From positions 416,001 to 480,000 of the forward strand of contig CAWHAE010000010.1 in assembly GCA_963827235.1 (NCBI GenBank): a stretch of 64,000 nucleotides of DNA, written 5' to 3'. Positions 39,397-49,837 of the stretch are shown here, in pieces. How positions within the stretch are numbered: position 1 is the first letter of the stretch; each line of letters starts with the position of its first letter. This DNA comes from an uncultured bacterium. GTDB lineage: Bacteria > Chloroflexota > UBA5177 > JANWHV01. The position numbers and the translations under genes were made by a program. Below the pieces are notes generated by a model, which was given only the letters and a program-made list of their open reading frames with translations, did not search any database and was not told the DNA's origin.

Positions 39397-40386
39397 ATGG
39401 AGCTCGTGCTGGTCGTCGTCGCGTTGGCCCTCGCATTCGACTTCACCAATGGCTTTCACGACGCGTCGAATGCGATCGCTACCGCGATCGCGACTCGGGC
39501 GCTCTCGCCACGACGCGCGCTTGCCATGGCCGCGGTCATGAACCTAGCCGGCGCATTCTTCAGCACGAAAGTGGCGGCTACCGTGGGTACCGGCGTGATA
39601 CGGCTGCCCGCCACGCACGGTTCAGCTGTCGTGCTCGCTGCCCTTGTCGGGGCAACGTGCTGGAACCTGACCACGTGGTATTTTGGCCTGCCCAGCAGCT
39701 CCTCCCACGCCCTTATCGGGGGCCTGATCGGTGCTACGCTCAGCTCCGGCGGCGGCTCTCGCGTCCTCTGGCACGGCGTGCTGCAAAAGGTCGTGGAGCC
39801 CGGGCTGCTGTCCCCGGCCCTCGGTTTCTGTGTCGGCTTCTGTCTGATGCTGAGTATCTACTGGCTGTTCTTCCGCCGGAAGCCGGCTCAGGTCCGTTGG
39901 CTGTTCCGCAAGCTTCAGCCATACTCCGCGGCATTCCTAGCCTTCAGCCATGGGAGCAACGATGCGCAGAAGACCATGGGCATCATCGGGCTTGCCCTGC
40001 TCAGCGGCGGCTATATCCATTCCTTCTACGTTCCCATCTGGGTCATCATGGCGTCGGCGACCGCGATTGCCGCAGGTACGTACAGCGGCGGTTGGCGCAT
40101 CATCCGGACCATGGGGCGCCGTGTGATCCGGGTAGAGTCGCCGAGCGGATTCTCGACCGAGCTGGCCGCCAGCCTGGTCATACTTGGTGCCTCGCATCTG
40201 GGCTATCCGGTGTCGACGACGCACGTTGTGAACGGCTCGCTCATGGGCTCTGGAGCGACGAAGCGTCTCTCGGCCGTGCGATGGGGCGTGGCGGGGAACA
40301 TCATCACAGCCTGGTTGCTCACCATTCCGCTCGCCGCGCTGGTCGCCCTCGTCGCATATCCCGTGATCTCGGCACTCGGAGCATAG
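39397..40386 (+). CDS. pitA: PiT-family inorganic phosphate transporter
   Basis: NGFHDASN, PSSSSH, HGSNDAQK, PVSTTH. Confidence 0.93.
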   Translation: MELVLVVVALALAFDFTNGFHDASNAIATAIATRALSPRRALAMAAVMNLAGAFFSTKVAATVGTGVIRLPATHGSAVVLAALVGATCWNLTTWYFGLPSSSSHALIGGLIGATLSSGGGSRVLWHGVLQKVVEPGLLSPALGFCVGFCLMLSIYWLFFRRKPAQVRWLFRKLQPYSAAFLAFSHGSNDAQKTMGIIGLALLSGGYIHSFYVPIWVIMASATAIAAGTYSGGWRIIRTMGRRVIRVESPSGFSTELAASLVILGASHLGYPVSTTHVVNGSLMGSGATKRLSAVRWGVAGNIITAWLLTIPLAALVALVAYPVISALGA

Positions 40387-40501
40387 AAGCTCCGGAGTAT
40401 CCCATCTCCTGGGTTATCCCGTCTCCAGGTATCTTCAAACATGGCCTCGCGCTTCGTGAGACGATGGCGTATCGGTTTTGACTCAAGGGTGAGGTGAGTG
40501 C

Positions 40502-42454
40502 ATGTCTGAGCAGGCGCCGAAATCGATTGAGACACTGATGCAGGAGCAGCGGAGCTTCGCCCCTCCGGCGGAATTCACACGCAGAGCCAACGTGGCCTCC
40601 CCGCAGATTTACGACGAAGCGGCCGCCGACCCCGAAGGCTTCTGGGCGCGCGAGGCGACGAGGCTGGACTGGTCGGAGCCGTGGCACACCATCCTGGAGT
40701 GGAAGCTGCCATTTGCCCGCTGGTTCCTGGGCGGCAAGCTCAACGTAGCCTACAACTGCGTCGATCGGCACGTTGCCGCTGGCAGGGGCGACAAGGTGGC
40801 GTTCTACTGGGAAGGCGAGCCGGGCGACACGAGGACGATCACGTACAAGGATCTGCTCGACGAGGTGGGACGATGCGCCAACGCGCTGAAGTCCCTGGGA
40901 GTCGAGAAGGGCGATCGCGTGGCCATCTACCTGCCCATGATCCCTGAGCTGCCTATCGCCATGCTGGCGTGCGCCCGGATCGGCGCGCCGCATACCGTGG
41001 TGTTTGCCGGCTTTTCGGCTACCGCTCTTCGCGATCGCATCGTGGACGCGGAAGCCAAAGCCCTGATCACGGCGGACGGGTCGTACCGTCGAGGAAAGGC
41101 CGTGGATCTCAAATCGAGCGCGGACGAGGCTCTGCAGGACACGCCAAGCATCACGCACGCGCTGGTAGTGCGCAGAACCGCTGCCGAGGTGACCATGGTG
41201 CCGGACCGCGACGTGTGGTGGCACGATCTCGTGCCTTCCCAAGATCCGCAGTGCGCTCCAGAGCCGGTGGACAGCGAGCACATGCTCTATCTGCTCTATA
41301 CGAGCGGCACCACGGCAAAGCCTAAGGGCATCATTCACACGAGCGGCGGCTATCTGACCGGCGTGGCCTATACGCACCGGGTGGTGTTCGACATCAAAGA
41401 CGACGACGTGTACTGGTGCGCGGCCGATATCGGCTGGGTCACCGGGCACAGCTACATCGTCTATGGCCCGCTGGCCAACGGCTGCACGAGCGTGCTCTAT
41501 GAAGGCACGCCGGATCATCCGGCGCGGGATCGTTGGTGGTCGATCGTCGAGAAGTACCGCGTGACGATTCTCTATTGCGCGCCCACGGCGATCCGGGCGC
41601 ACATGCGCTGGGGCGCGCAGTGGGCGCAAGGCCACGACCTCAGATCGCTTCGCTTGCTCGGCTCTGTCGGCGAGCCCATCAATCCGGAGGCCTGGATCTG
41701 GTACCACCAGAACGTCGGCGGGGAGAGGGCGCCGATTGTCGACACGTGGTGGCAAACGGAGACCGGCGCGATCATGATCAGCCCGCTGCCCGGCACCACC
41801 TCGACCAAGCCGGGGTCGGCTACGATCCCGCTTCCCGGCGTAAGCGCTGCAGTCGTGGACGAGATGGGCAAGATAGTCTCCGAAGGCGGCGGATATCTCG
41901 TACTCACGAAGCCGTGGCCGTCGATGTTGCGGGGCATCTACAAGGACGCTGAGCGCTACCGCCAAGTGTACTGGAGCCGATTCCAGGGTTACTATTTTGC
42001 CGGGGACGGGGCGCGGATCGATGACGATGGCTACTTCTGGCTGCTCGGCCGTGTCGACGACGTTATGAACGTGTCGGGGCACCGGATCAGCACCATCGAG
42101 GTGGAAAGCGCGCTCGTGGATGACCAGCGGGTAGCCGAGGCAGCAGTGGTCGGTCAGGCCGATCCGCTGACCGGTGAGGCCATATTCGCCTTTGTGACGG
42201 TCAAGGCAGGGATCGAGCCTACGCCGCAGCTGGTACAGGAGCTGCGCGACCACGTGGCAAAGATCATCGGCCCTATCGCTCGGCCCAAGCAGCTCCTGCT
42301 CACGCCCGACCTTCCCAAGACGCGCAGCGGCAAGATCATGCGGCGCCTTCTGCGCGACATCGCCAACGACCGCCAGCTCGGCGACACGACGACACTGGCG
42401 GACGAAGCCGTGGTAGACGCTTTACGCGTGGCCAGTCATAAGGGCGACGGCTGA
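40502..42454 (+). CDS. acs: Acetyl-CoA synthetase
   Basis: [42 protein letters not shown]. Confidence 0.97.
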   Translation: MSEQAPKSIETLMQEQRSFAPPAEFTRRANVASPQIYDEAAADPEGFWAREATRLDWSEPWHTILEWKLPFARWFLGGKLNVAYNCVDRHVAAGRGDKVAFYWEGEPGDTRTITYKDLLDEVGRCANALKSLGVEKGDRVAIYLPMIPELPIAMLACARIGAPHTVVFAGFSATALRDRIVDAEAKALITADGSYRRGKAVDLKSSADEALQDTPSITHALVVRRTAAEVTMVPDRDVWWHDLVPSQDPQCAPEPVDSEHMLYLLYTSGTTAKPKGIIHTSGGYLTGVAYTHRVVFDIKDDDVYWCAADIGWVTGHSYIVYGPLANGCTSVLYEGTPDHPARDRWWSIVEKYRVTILYCAPTAIRAHMRWGAQWAQGHDLRSLRLLGSVGEPINPEAWIWYHQNVGGERAPIVDTWWQTETGAIMISPLPGTTSTKPGSATIPLPGVSAAVVDEMGKIVSEGGGYLVLTKPWPSMLRGIYKDAERYRQVYWSRFQGYYFAGDGARIDDDGYFWLLGRVDDVMNVSGHRISTIEVESALVDDQRVAEAAVVGQADPLTGEAIFAFVTVKAGIEPTPQLVQELRDHVAKIIGPIARPKQLLLTPDLPKTRSGKIMRRLLRDIANDRQLGDTTTLADEAVVDALRVASHKGDG

Positions 42455-42619
42455 GCTACTCGGCACGTGGAGCTCGAATGCGGCCGCACCGGCGCCTCCG
42501 TTCGCGACAGCCTATGTGCTGGACCCTGCCGCATGGGTGCGACTGACGGCGGGTGCAGAATCGCATGCGCGTCCCCGGCGTAGCGCTATCATGAGTGGTG
42601 ACCTGACGGCGATACTCGG

Positions 42620-42656
42620 CGGCCACGGGGCCCGGAATCAGCGGGCCCCGTGGCCG
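42620..42656. promoter_or_regulatory. 15-bp perfect stem-loop about 40 nt upstream of the GDE-like gene
   Basis: cggccacggggcccg-gaatcag-cgggccccgtggccg. Confidence 0.55.
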
Positions 42657-42695
42657 AGACGATCGTCTGTGAACTGAGAGAGACCGGGGTGTGAG

Positions 42696-44714
42696 ATGCA
42701 CGTCGAGTTCGGACGTGGCGAGCTGCAGACCTTTGAGGCGGGACTCGAGCGAGAGTGGCTGCTGACCAATGGCATCGGCGGCTATGCATCGGGTACCGTG
42801 AACTGCGTCAATACGCGGCGTTACCATGGGTTGCTTGTCGCTGCCCTGCGGCCGCCTGTTGGGCGCGTCGCCCTATTGCTCCGCTTGAACGAGGCAGTCA
42901 CGATCGAAGGCGAGACCACGGAGCTGACAGCCGCCGAGTATAGCGACGGCACCGTGTTTCCGGCCGACCAGGAGCACCTCGAGTCGTTCACGCTGGAGGA
43001 CGGCTCGCCCGTTTGGTCGTTCGCGGTGTCCGGCCATCTCATCCGCCGCAAGATCTGGATGGTTCCCGGCCACAACATTACCATCGTCCGCTACAGGCTG
43101 GTCGTGGGCCGCAGCCCTGTAGGCCTGGCTATCCGGCCGCTCTGCGCCTCGCGTGGCCACCACTCGCTGCAGCGCGGTTGGCCGGGCTGGGATTTCTCGG
43201 TCGCGCCGGTCGACAATGGCGTACGGGTTCAGGCGTGGCAGGCCGCTGCTCCGCTGTGGCTGATGATGGGCGGGGCCTCGTTCGTGCCGGCCGGTGACTG
43301 GTATTGGCGCTTCTTGCTCCGCGAAGAACGAACACGTGGCTACGACTTCCTGGAGGACCTCTACCAACCGGGCACCTTCCACGCCACCCTCGAGCCTGGC
43401 GATTCGCTCACGCTCATCGCGAGCGCTGAGGATCCCGGCAATGGCCTGCCGGACCCCGATGCGGCGCTCGCGGCGGCGAGGAGCACGGGTGTGCGAAGCC
43501 GAAGGAGCCAGCATCAGTCACACGGCGGGGACGACGCGTGCCTCGACGAGATCGAGGATGCGCTGGCCGCCGCCGCGAATCGCTTCGTGGTGAGAACGCC
43601 GCCAGCGCCGGATCGGGGACCGCGTACGACAACTATCGCCGGCTACCACTGGGGAGAAGATTGGGGCCGCGATGCAGCCGCCTCGCTGCCGGGGCTGTTG
43701 CTCACCACCGGGCGGTTGCGTGACGCCGAGATGCTGCTGCGCGATCTGGCCGGACAGGTCGATCAGGGCATGCTCCCCAGCAGCAGCGGCGAACAGGAAC
43801 GCGCGCCCGTGTTCGACGCCGCGGATACAGTGTTCTGGTTCTTCCGGGCTGTGCGCGAGGCGCTTGAAGCCGGGATGGAGGAGCGGGTGCTCACCGATCT
43901 CTATCCCGCGCTGAAGGATGCCATCGACTGGCACGTGCGTGGCACGCGCCTCGGCATAGGCGCGGATCCTGTCGACGGGTTGCTTCGGGCCGGGAAGGTC
44001 GCCCCACGGACTCTGCCGACACATCTCACCTGGATGAACGCCACGTTTCGCGACGTCGTGTACACACCGCGCGTGGGTAAGCCGGTGGAGCTGAATGCGC
44101 TGTGGATCGAAGCGCTGGACGCCATGGCCGGCTGGGCGCCACGATGCGGCGACGACCCGGCGCCGTTCAGTGCTCGCGCGGATCGCGCGGCGCGAGCGTT
44201 CGCCAAGCGATTCTGGCTTGACACCGGCAACTACCTCCTGGACGTGGTGGACGGGCCTGAAGGGGACGATTCGAGCTTCCGTCCAAACCAGCTTATCGCC
44301 TTGACCACTCCCCGCCTGCTCGTGTCGGCCACGCGTGCTCGTGCCATCCTGCAACGTGTCACCACCGAGCTGCTCACGCCGTTCGGACTGCGCACGCTCG
44401 CGCCCAGCGACCCGAGCTACCTTGGCGCCTATTACGGCGATCAGCCGAGCCGCGACCGTGCATACCACCAGGGCACCGTATGGCCGTGGCTGCTTGGGCC
44501 CTACGCGCAGGCACTGGTGCGCACCGGGGCGGATGCAGCATCCGTTGCCGCGCTGCTGCTGCCCTTTCACGAGCACCTTCGCTCCGCCGGCATCGGCTGC
44601 GTGAGTGAGGTGTTCAACGGCGATGCGCCTCACTACCCCAGTGGCTGTATCCACCATGCCTGGGGTGTCGCCGAGCTTCTTCGCATTGTCAAGCTGTCCG
44701 GCAGAACGCAGTAG
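42696..44714 (+). CDS. Glycogen debranching enzyme-like (GDE_N + amylo-alpha-1,6-glucosidase), TWMN variant
   Basis: EWLLTNGIGGYASGT, TRRYHGLL, DWGRD, KPVELNALW, RPNQL, YHQGTVWPWL. Confidence 0.9.
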   Translation: MHVEFGRGELQTFEAGLEREWLLTNGIGGYASGTVNCVNTRRYHGLLVAALRPPVGRVALLLRLNEAVTIEGETTELTAAEYSDGTVFPADQEHLESFTLEDGSPVWSFAVSGHLIRRKIWMVPGHNITIVRYRLVVGRSPVGLAIRPLCASRGHHSLQRGWPGWDFSVAPVDNGVRVQAWQAAAPLWLMMGGASFVPAGDWYWRFLLREERTRGYDFLEDLYQPGTFHATLEPGDSLTLIASAEDPGNGLPDPDAALAAARSTGVRSRRSQHQSHGGDDACLDEIEDALAAAANRFVVRTPPAPDRGPRTTTIAGYHWGEDWGRDAAASLPGLLLTTGRLRDAEMLLRDLAGQVDQGMLPSSSGEQERAPVFDAADTVFWFFRAVREALEAGMEERVLTDLYPALKDAIDWHVRGTRLGIGADPVDGLLRAGKVAPRTLPTHLTWMNATFRDVVYTPRVGKPVELNALWIEALDAMAGWAPRCGDDPAPFSARADRAARAFAKRFWLDTGNYLLDVVDGPEGDDSSFRPNQLIALTTPRLLVSATRARAILQRVTTELLTPFGLRTLAPSDPSYLGAYYGDQPSRDRAYHQGTVWPWLLGPYAQALVRTGADAASVAALLLPFHEHLRSAGIGCVSEVFNGDAPHYPSGCIHHAWGVAELLRIVKLSGRTQ

Positions 44715-44729
44715 ATTCGAAGAGGTGGC

Positions 44730-45116
44730 GTGGAATTCAAGGCGCTCGGCAAGCATGTAACGGAACCCCGGCGCGAGTTGGAGACCTTTCCCTCGCCGCC
44801 GTACGTCGACCTGGTCACGCTCAGCAGCGACGAGGTGACCAGTCTGTGCCCGGTAACCGGCCAGCCCGACTGGGAGACCGTGACGGTCGAATACGTCCCG
44901 GATCAGCTCTGCATCGAATCCAAGAGCCTCAAGCTGTACTTCTGGAGCCTGCGGAACGACGGGGTGTTCTGCGAGGCGCTGGCCGCGCAGATAGCGACCG
45001 CGGTCTTCGACGCGGCAAATCCGCTCCGATGTTCGGTCACGGTCGTACAGAAGCCACGTGGAGGAATCACGATCACGGCCGTCGCGTCGCGGAAGCGAGA
45101 GACCGAGCGGGCGTAG
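44730..45116 (+). CDS. queF: NADPH-dependent preQ0 reductase (type I)
   Basis: SLCPVTGQPD, CIESKSLKLY, PRGGI. Confidence 0.92.
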   Translation: MEFKALGKHVTEPRRELETFPSPPYVDLVTLSSDEVTSLCPVTGQPDWETVTVEYVPDQLCIESKSLKLYFWSLRNDGVFCEALAAQIATAVFDAANPLRCSVTVVQKPRGGITITAVASRKRETERA

Positions 45117-45122
45117 CCGCGG

Positions 45123-47147
45123 TCAGGACTCCGCGTTGAAGAAGGCTTCCACGTCTTCAATGCGGAGAGTACGGCGCGCGGGCGGCAGCGCGGAGAGCAC
45201 CTGCCTGCCGTAACCCTTGCGCACGAGCCTGCTGTCGAGAAGGGCGACGACTCCCCGGTCGGCGGCGCTGCGAATGAGCCTGCCGAATCCCTGCTTGAGC
45301 TGGAGCGTTGCCTGCGGGAGCATGAGGTCGTTGAACCAGTCCTTGCCGTCCGCCTTCAACCGGGCAACGCGGGCCTGCACGACGGGCTCATCGGGAGCCG
45401 AGAACGGCATCTTGTCGATGATCACCAGCGAGAGATTGCTGCCCACGACGTCAACTCCTTCCCAGAAGCTACGCGTGGCGAACAGCACGCTACCCGGCTT
45501 GGAGATGAACCGCTTGAGCAGCTCCGGCCTCGGAAGCGTGCCCTGGCGCAGCGTAGGGAACGGCAGTCGAGGAGCAAGCAGATCGTAGACGGCGCCAAGC
45601 GTCTTGTAACTGGTGAACAGACAGAAGGCCCGCCCACGGCTGGCGGCGACAAGGCGCTCGATGTGCTCCGCAAGCGCAACCACAAAGCCCTCATGCTGTT
45701 GTGGTGAGAACTCCGGCATGGTGCGCGCGACGTAGAGCAGGCACTGACCCGCGAAGTCGAACGGACTAGGTATCAACGCTTCGCCGGCGTCCTTGCAACC
45801 GACGTGAGAGCGGAAATAGGCGAATGGACTTGGGCCGGCGGGCTCTCCGTCCTCGTCGACCGCGGCGCCTCGCGTGGCGAGTGTGGCGGATGTGCAGATG
45901 GTGGGATAGCGATCGAACAAGATCTCCCCGAGCCGGTCGGAGACGTCGATCGGAGACCAGCGAATTCTGACCACGCGGTCTCGACCGCCCTCGCCGGCCA
46001 CGGAGTAGCGCACGCTGTCCCTGTCCTGAATCCGAGCCACCAGTCTGCTGGTTTCGGCCGTATCGGCCAGCCACTCCAGAGCCATGCCGTATCGGCGAGC
46101 CTCCTTGGTTCGCTCGCTGCTCTTGTGTGGATTGCTGCGCTGCATGGACTCCGCCATCTCGGCCACGATGTCGGCAAAGTGCTCTCCGGAGGGTACGGTG
46201 TCCAGGATTAGGTGCTGCGACGTGCCGCATGCGGCGCGGATTTCCTCAGCAAACCGCCTGCCTGTCTCGGTGGCGCGGCTCAGGAGGCCGGCGTCGACGT
46301 GGCGTCTGATCAGCGCATTCTCCAGCAGCTCGAGTATCTCGGCGGGCCCCAGCTCGGCGCTGAGAGCGTTGACCGCGGATTCTTCGAGGTTGTGGGCTTC
46401 GTCGATCACGATGGCGTCCCGGTCGGGCAGCACGTGGGCGCCGCGGTCGCGAAGCTGCAGATCGGCGAGGAGCAGGGCATGGTTGCACACGATGATGCGC
46501 GACGCCTCGGCTTTCTGATAGGCTCCCTCGACAAAACACCTGTCGTACAGATCGCATGCCATGCCCACGCACGTGCGCGTGGTCGACATAACGCGCGACC
46601 GCAAGTCGGCTGGTAGCGCGGTGTCGAGATCATCGAAGTCGCCCGACTGCGTTTCGTCCTTCCAGGCCGCCAACCGCGACCATCCGCGGCTTCCACCGAT
46701 CATCTGCTGATACGGTTCCTCGTCCCGGAAGCGGTCCAGGCACAGGTAGTTCCCACGGCCCTTCACGATGGCGGCCTCGAAGCTCATGGGAAGCACGCGC
46801 TGCAGGAACGGGATATCTTTCCGAATAAGCTGCTCCTGCAGGGCCTTGTTGGCCGTGGACACGATCACCGTCTTGCCTGAATAGATGGCGGGCACGAGAT
46901 AGGCCATGCTCTTGCCGGTACCGGTGCCGGCCTCAACGACGGCGTGCTCGCCGCGCGTAATGGCGCGCAGGATCATGTCCGCCATTTGGACCTGGCCTGC
47001 CCGCTCTTCGTAGCCCGGGAGGCTCCTGGCCACGATTCCGCCCGCACTGAGGATCGAAGCGACGGGGCTGCGCCGTCCGTGGACGACGCCGCGGGCAAGT
47101 CGTGGCTCAGTCACCAGCCGTGCCGAAATAGCGGTCGCCAAAGTCAC
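45123..47147 (-). CDS. dinG: DinG/YoaA-family Fe-S DNA helicase (start uncertain)
   Basis: EAGTGTGKS, KGRGNYLC, DEAH, SFWEGVD, QGFGRLIR. Confidence 0.92.
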   Translation of the reverse strand: MTLATAISARLVTEPRLARGVVHGRRSPVASILSAGGIVARSLPGYEERAGQVQMADMILRAITRGEHAVVEAGTGTGKSMAYLVPAIYSGKTVIVSTANKALQEQLIRKDIPFLQRVLPMSFEAAIVKGRGNYLCLDRFRDEEPYQQMIGGSRGWSRLAAWKDETQSGDFDDLDTALPADLRSRVMSTTRTCVGMACDLYDRCFVEGAYQKAEASRIIVCNHALLLADLQLRDRGAHVLPDRDAIVIDEAHNLEESAVNALSAELGPAEILELLENALIRRHVDAGLLSRATETGRRFAEEIRAACGTSQHLILDTVPSGEHFADIVAEMAESMQRSNPHKSSERTKEARRYGMALEWLADTAETSRLVARIQDRDSVRYSVAGEGGRDRVVRIRWSPIDVSDRLGEILFDRYPTICTSATLATRGAAVDEDGEPAGPSPFAYFRSHVGCKDAGEALIPSPFDFAGQCLLYVARTMPEFSPQQHEGFVVALAEHIERLVAASRGRAFCLFTSYKTLGAVYDLLAPRLPFPTLRQGTLPRPELLKRFISKPGSVLFATRSFWEGVDVVGSNLSLVIIDKMPFSAPDEPVVQARVARLKADGKDWFNDLMLPQATLQLKQGFGRLIRSAADRGVVALLDSRLVRKGYGRQVLSALPPARRTLRIEDVEAFFNAES

Positions 47148-47739
47148 CGAGTCCAGGCAGAATGTACTTTCGCTCGTTGAGCTCGCGATCGAGCGCGCAG
47201 GTGAAGATGAGCAGCGACGGGTCGGCCTTGACTAGCAGCTCTACACCCTCGGGCGCGGCGACGATGCAGGCCAGGCGGATCTTGGTAGCGCCGGATTTCT
47301 GCAGCAGGCGCAGCGTTGCCAGGGCGGAGCCGCCGGTGGCGAGCATCGGATCGAGGATGACGACGACGCTCTCTTCCAGGTGTTTGGGAAGCTTACTGTA
47401 GTACTGATGAGCGATAGCTGTGCCCTCGTCTCGCTCCATACCCACGAAGCCCACCTTGCTGCCGGGCACGAAGTTATTCATCGTATCGAGCATGGCCAGG
47501 CCCGAGCGCAACACGGGAACGAATATCACCTTGCAATCCAGTCGCTCAGCGGACGTCTCTTCGAGCGGTGTCCGCACGGAGATGGTGGTGGTATCCAGGT
47601 CGCCGAGCACATGGAGGGCAAGGATCCGAGTCACTACCTGCGCGTGCCGCTGGAACGCCTCGGTATCGGTATCCACGCTGCGCAGGTAACCCATTGAGTG
47701 CTCGACGAGCGGGTGTCTGACCAGAGTAAGGTTGTTCAC
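47107..47739 (-). CDS. upp: Uracil phosphoribosyltransferase
   Basis: VPVLRSG, DPMLATGGS, YILPGLGDFGDRYFGT. Confidence 0.96.
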   Translation of the reverse strand: MNNLTLVRHPLVEHSMGYLRSVDTDTEAFQRHAQVVTRILALHVLGDLDTTTISVRTPLEETSAERLDCKVIFVPVLRSGLAMLDTMNNFVPGSKVGFVGMERDEGTAIAHQYYSKLPKHLEESVVVILDPMLATGGSALATLRLLQKSGATKIRLACIVAAPEGVELLVKADPSLLIFTCALDRELNERKYILPGLGDFGDRYFGTAGD

Positions 47740-47750
47740 AATCGACCCCT

Positions 47751-48326
47751 TTACCTGAGGATCCATGTCTTGCGCTTCGAGGGGCTGAGGAAATCCGGCT
47801 GATACATCAGCTCGGCCGAGGAATCGGCTTTCGGCACTTCGAAGATCAGCGTGCCGGAGGTATAGCCCTGGGGAATGAGCCGCACCTCGCGCAGCCGGCG
47901 CCTGGTGAAGTCGTTTAGCAGCGGTGGATCGATCTGGCCGTGACTGTCCAGAACCATGAAATCGCCGGATAGCACACGGAAGTCGCTGTCGCTTCGGTTG
48001 ACGATGCGCAGCGAGACCACGACGAACTCGTCGCCATAGTTCGGCAGGATGCCGTTTCCGCCCTGACTGCGCTCGATGTGATAGGGCGTAACCCACACGT
48101 TGTCGAGATGCTGAGTCATGCCGACCGGCGGAATCGCCAGGGTAGGCGTGGGCTTTGGCTTCGGCGGAGTCGCCGCCAGCCCGGGCGTGGCGGTTATCGC
48201 GGTCGGCGGCAGCGTGTAGGTGCTGTCCGTCTCAAACCAGCTCGGGTGCCACCAGTACGCCAGTCCCACCAAGGCAATGGCCGCTCCAATTGTCAGTAGC
48301 ATGCGCCGCCACGCGATATGCGACAT
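47751..48326 (-). CDS. Membrane-anchored DUF4352 (Ig-like) domain protein
   Basis: N-terminal TM, Pro/Thr linker, FVVVSLRIVN, F.VLDS.G, GTLIFEVP. Confidence 0.75.
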   Translation of the reverse strand: MSHIAWRRMLLTIGAAIALVGLAYWWHPSWFETDSTYTLPPTAITATPGLAATPPKPKPTPTLAIPPVGMTQHLDNVWVTPYHIERSQGGNGILPNYGDEFVVVSLRIVNRSDSDFRVLSGDFMVLDSHGQIDPPLLNDFTRRRLREVRLIPQGYTSGTLIFEVPKADSSAELMYQPDFLSPSKRKTWILR

Positions 48327-48606
48327 TCGTCTTCCTCTGCCATGCCTGCAGCCAGCAGGTGACCGTCGTCGGGCACGCCCATCGTGACCATTCTACCCAA
48401 TGTGCGGCCTCGCGGGGCCCGCCTACCGGTGCGTCACGCACATCCGCGACTCCACTTGGGAGAATCGCTACCACCCTGTACCATACTCTGCGGAAGCGGC
48501 GCCGCATCGTCTCGTCTCTCGGTCGCGCCGGGTGCGCGCCGCGGCACGCTGGGTTCGTCGGCGGCCTTCATCTCTTCTCGCACCCACGTTCTTCGCTGGA
48601 ACAGGA

Positions 48607-49767
48607 ATGCACGTGTCGACCGTCCTTCTGCTAGTCGCCATGGTGAGCGCGGCGTCGCTCGCCCTCTTTGTAGTCTCGGACGTGCAGTCGCGAGGCCATG
48701 CCCTGGCACGGCGCGTGGCGACCATGACGGAGGAGCTGGCACCTCTGCGCCGGGATGCCGATCTCGGACGCACGTTTGAGGAGGTACAGGCCGAGCTGCC
48801 GGTCGGGCTGCTGCTCGTGGCCCAGGACGAATCCATTGTTCTCCACAACAGCCGAGCCTCCACGCTCCTTGGCGTGGACGCCTGCAGCACCCCGAAGTCG
48901 CTCTCCGATATGGCCGGCTCTACCGACGTGATCAACAGCATGCGCCAGGCGTTGCACCAGCGACGGGACGCCGCGGGTGTGATTGTGCCCCAGCCCGGAC
49001 GGTTTGTCGAGGTATCGGCCCATCCGCTCGACTCCGGCGACACGCTCATCGTGTTGCAGGACGTGAGTGAGCTCAGGCATCTTCGCACGGTGCGCCGTGA
49101 CTTCGTGGCCAACGTCTCGCACGAGCTTCGCACGCCGCTCGCCTCCATCCGCTTGCTGGTAGACACGCTGGAGGCGGGGGCGCTCGACGACGGAGATGTT
49201 GCCGCGAGCTTCGTCCACCGGATCGGCGTGGAGACCGATCAGCTCGTGCAGATGGTAAACGAGCTGCTGGAGCTCTCGCGTATTGAGTCCGGCCAGCTTC
49301 CTTTCAGACGCGAGCCTGTACCGGTGAACGAGATCGTCGAGAATGCCGTTACTCGTCTGTGGGTCGTGGCGGAGGATCGAGGCATAAAGGTATCAACCGA
49401 GGTGAGCGAGCACCTTCCGCCGGCCCTGGCGGATCGAGACCAGGCCGTACAGATCTTGCTCAACCTGCTCTTCAATGCCATCAAGTTCACGTCTCCCGGC
49501 GGCAGCGTGCACATCAAGGCCGATCACCATGACAGCTTTGTGGAAATCGCAGTGATCGACACCGGGGTCGGCATTCACCACGATGACCTGTCCCGCATTT
49601 TCGAGCGCTTCTACAAGTCCGACAAGTCGCGCGTGCGCTCGCGGGGCGGTACGGGGCTGGGCCTTCCCATAGCCCGGCACATCGTGGAAGCCCATGGCGG
49701 CAGCATCTGGGCGGAAAGCAAGGAGGGTCAGGGCAGCACCTTTACGTTTACCCTACCCTCGGCGTAG
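48607..49767 (+). CDS. PhoR/SenX3-like sensor histidine kinase
   Basis: Single TM, PAS, RRDFVANVSHELRTPL, FERFYKSDKSR, GGTGLGL. Confidence 0.88.
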   Translation: MHVSTVLLLVAMVSAASLALFVVSDVQSRGHALARRVATMTEELAPLRRDADLGRTFEEVQAELPVGLLLVAQDESIVLHNSRASTLLGVDACSTPKSLSDMAGSTDVINSMRQALHQRRDAAGVIVPQPGRFVEVSAHPLDSGDTLIVLQDVSELRHLRTVRRDFVANVSHELRTPLASIRLLVDTLEAGALDDGDVAASFVHRIGVETDQLVQMVNELLELSRIESGQLPFRREPVPVNEIVENAVTRLWVVAEDRGIKVSTEVSEHLPPALADRDQAVQILLNLLFNAIKFTSPGGSVHIKADHHDSFVEIAVIDTGVGIHHDDLSRIFERFYKSDKSRVRSRGGTGLGLPIARHIVEAHGGSIWAESKEGQGSTFTFTLPSA

Positions 49768-49837
49768 CCGCGTGGCAGCATCGCTGCCGGCAGTGCGTGT
49801 TGGCATGGACTCGCTAGAACAGGGATACTGACTCAGT

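Noticed and set aside
40319-42253. 644-aa antisense ORF over acs (similarly 34949-36655, 55342-56583, 59233-60195)
   Set aside because: Antisense to well-conserved genes, as expected from codon bias
44700-47147. queF + DinG helicase as a 7-deazaguanine DNA-modification (dpd) or defence island
   Set aside because: No dpdA/tgt, queCDE or nuclease; genes are convergent and look like ordinary housekeeping copies; no preQ1 riboswitch seen
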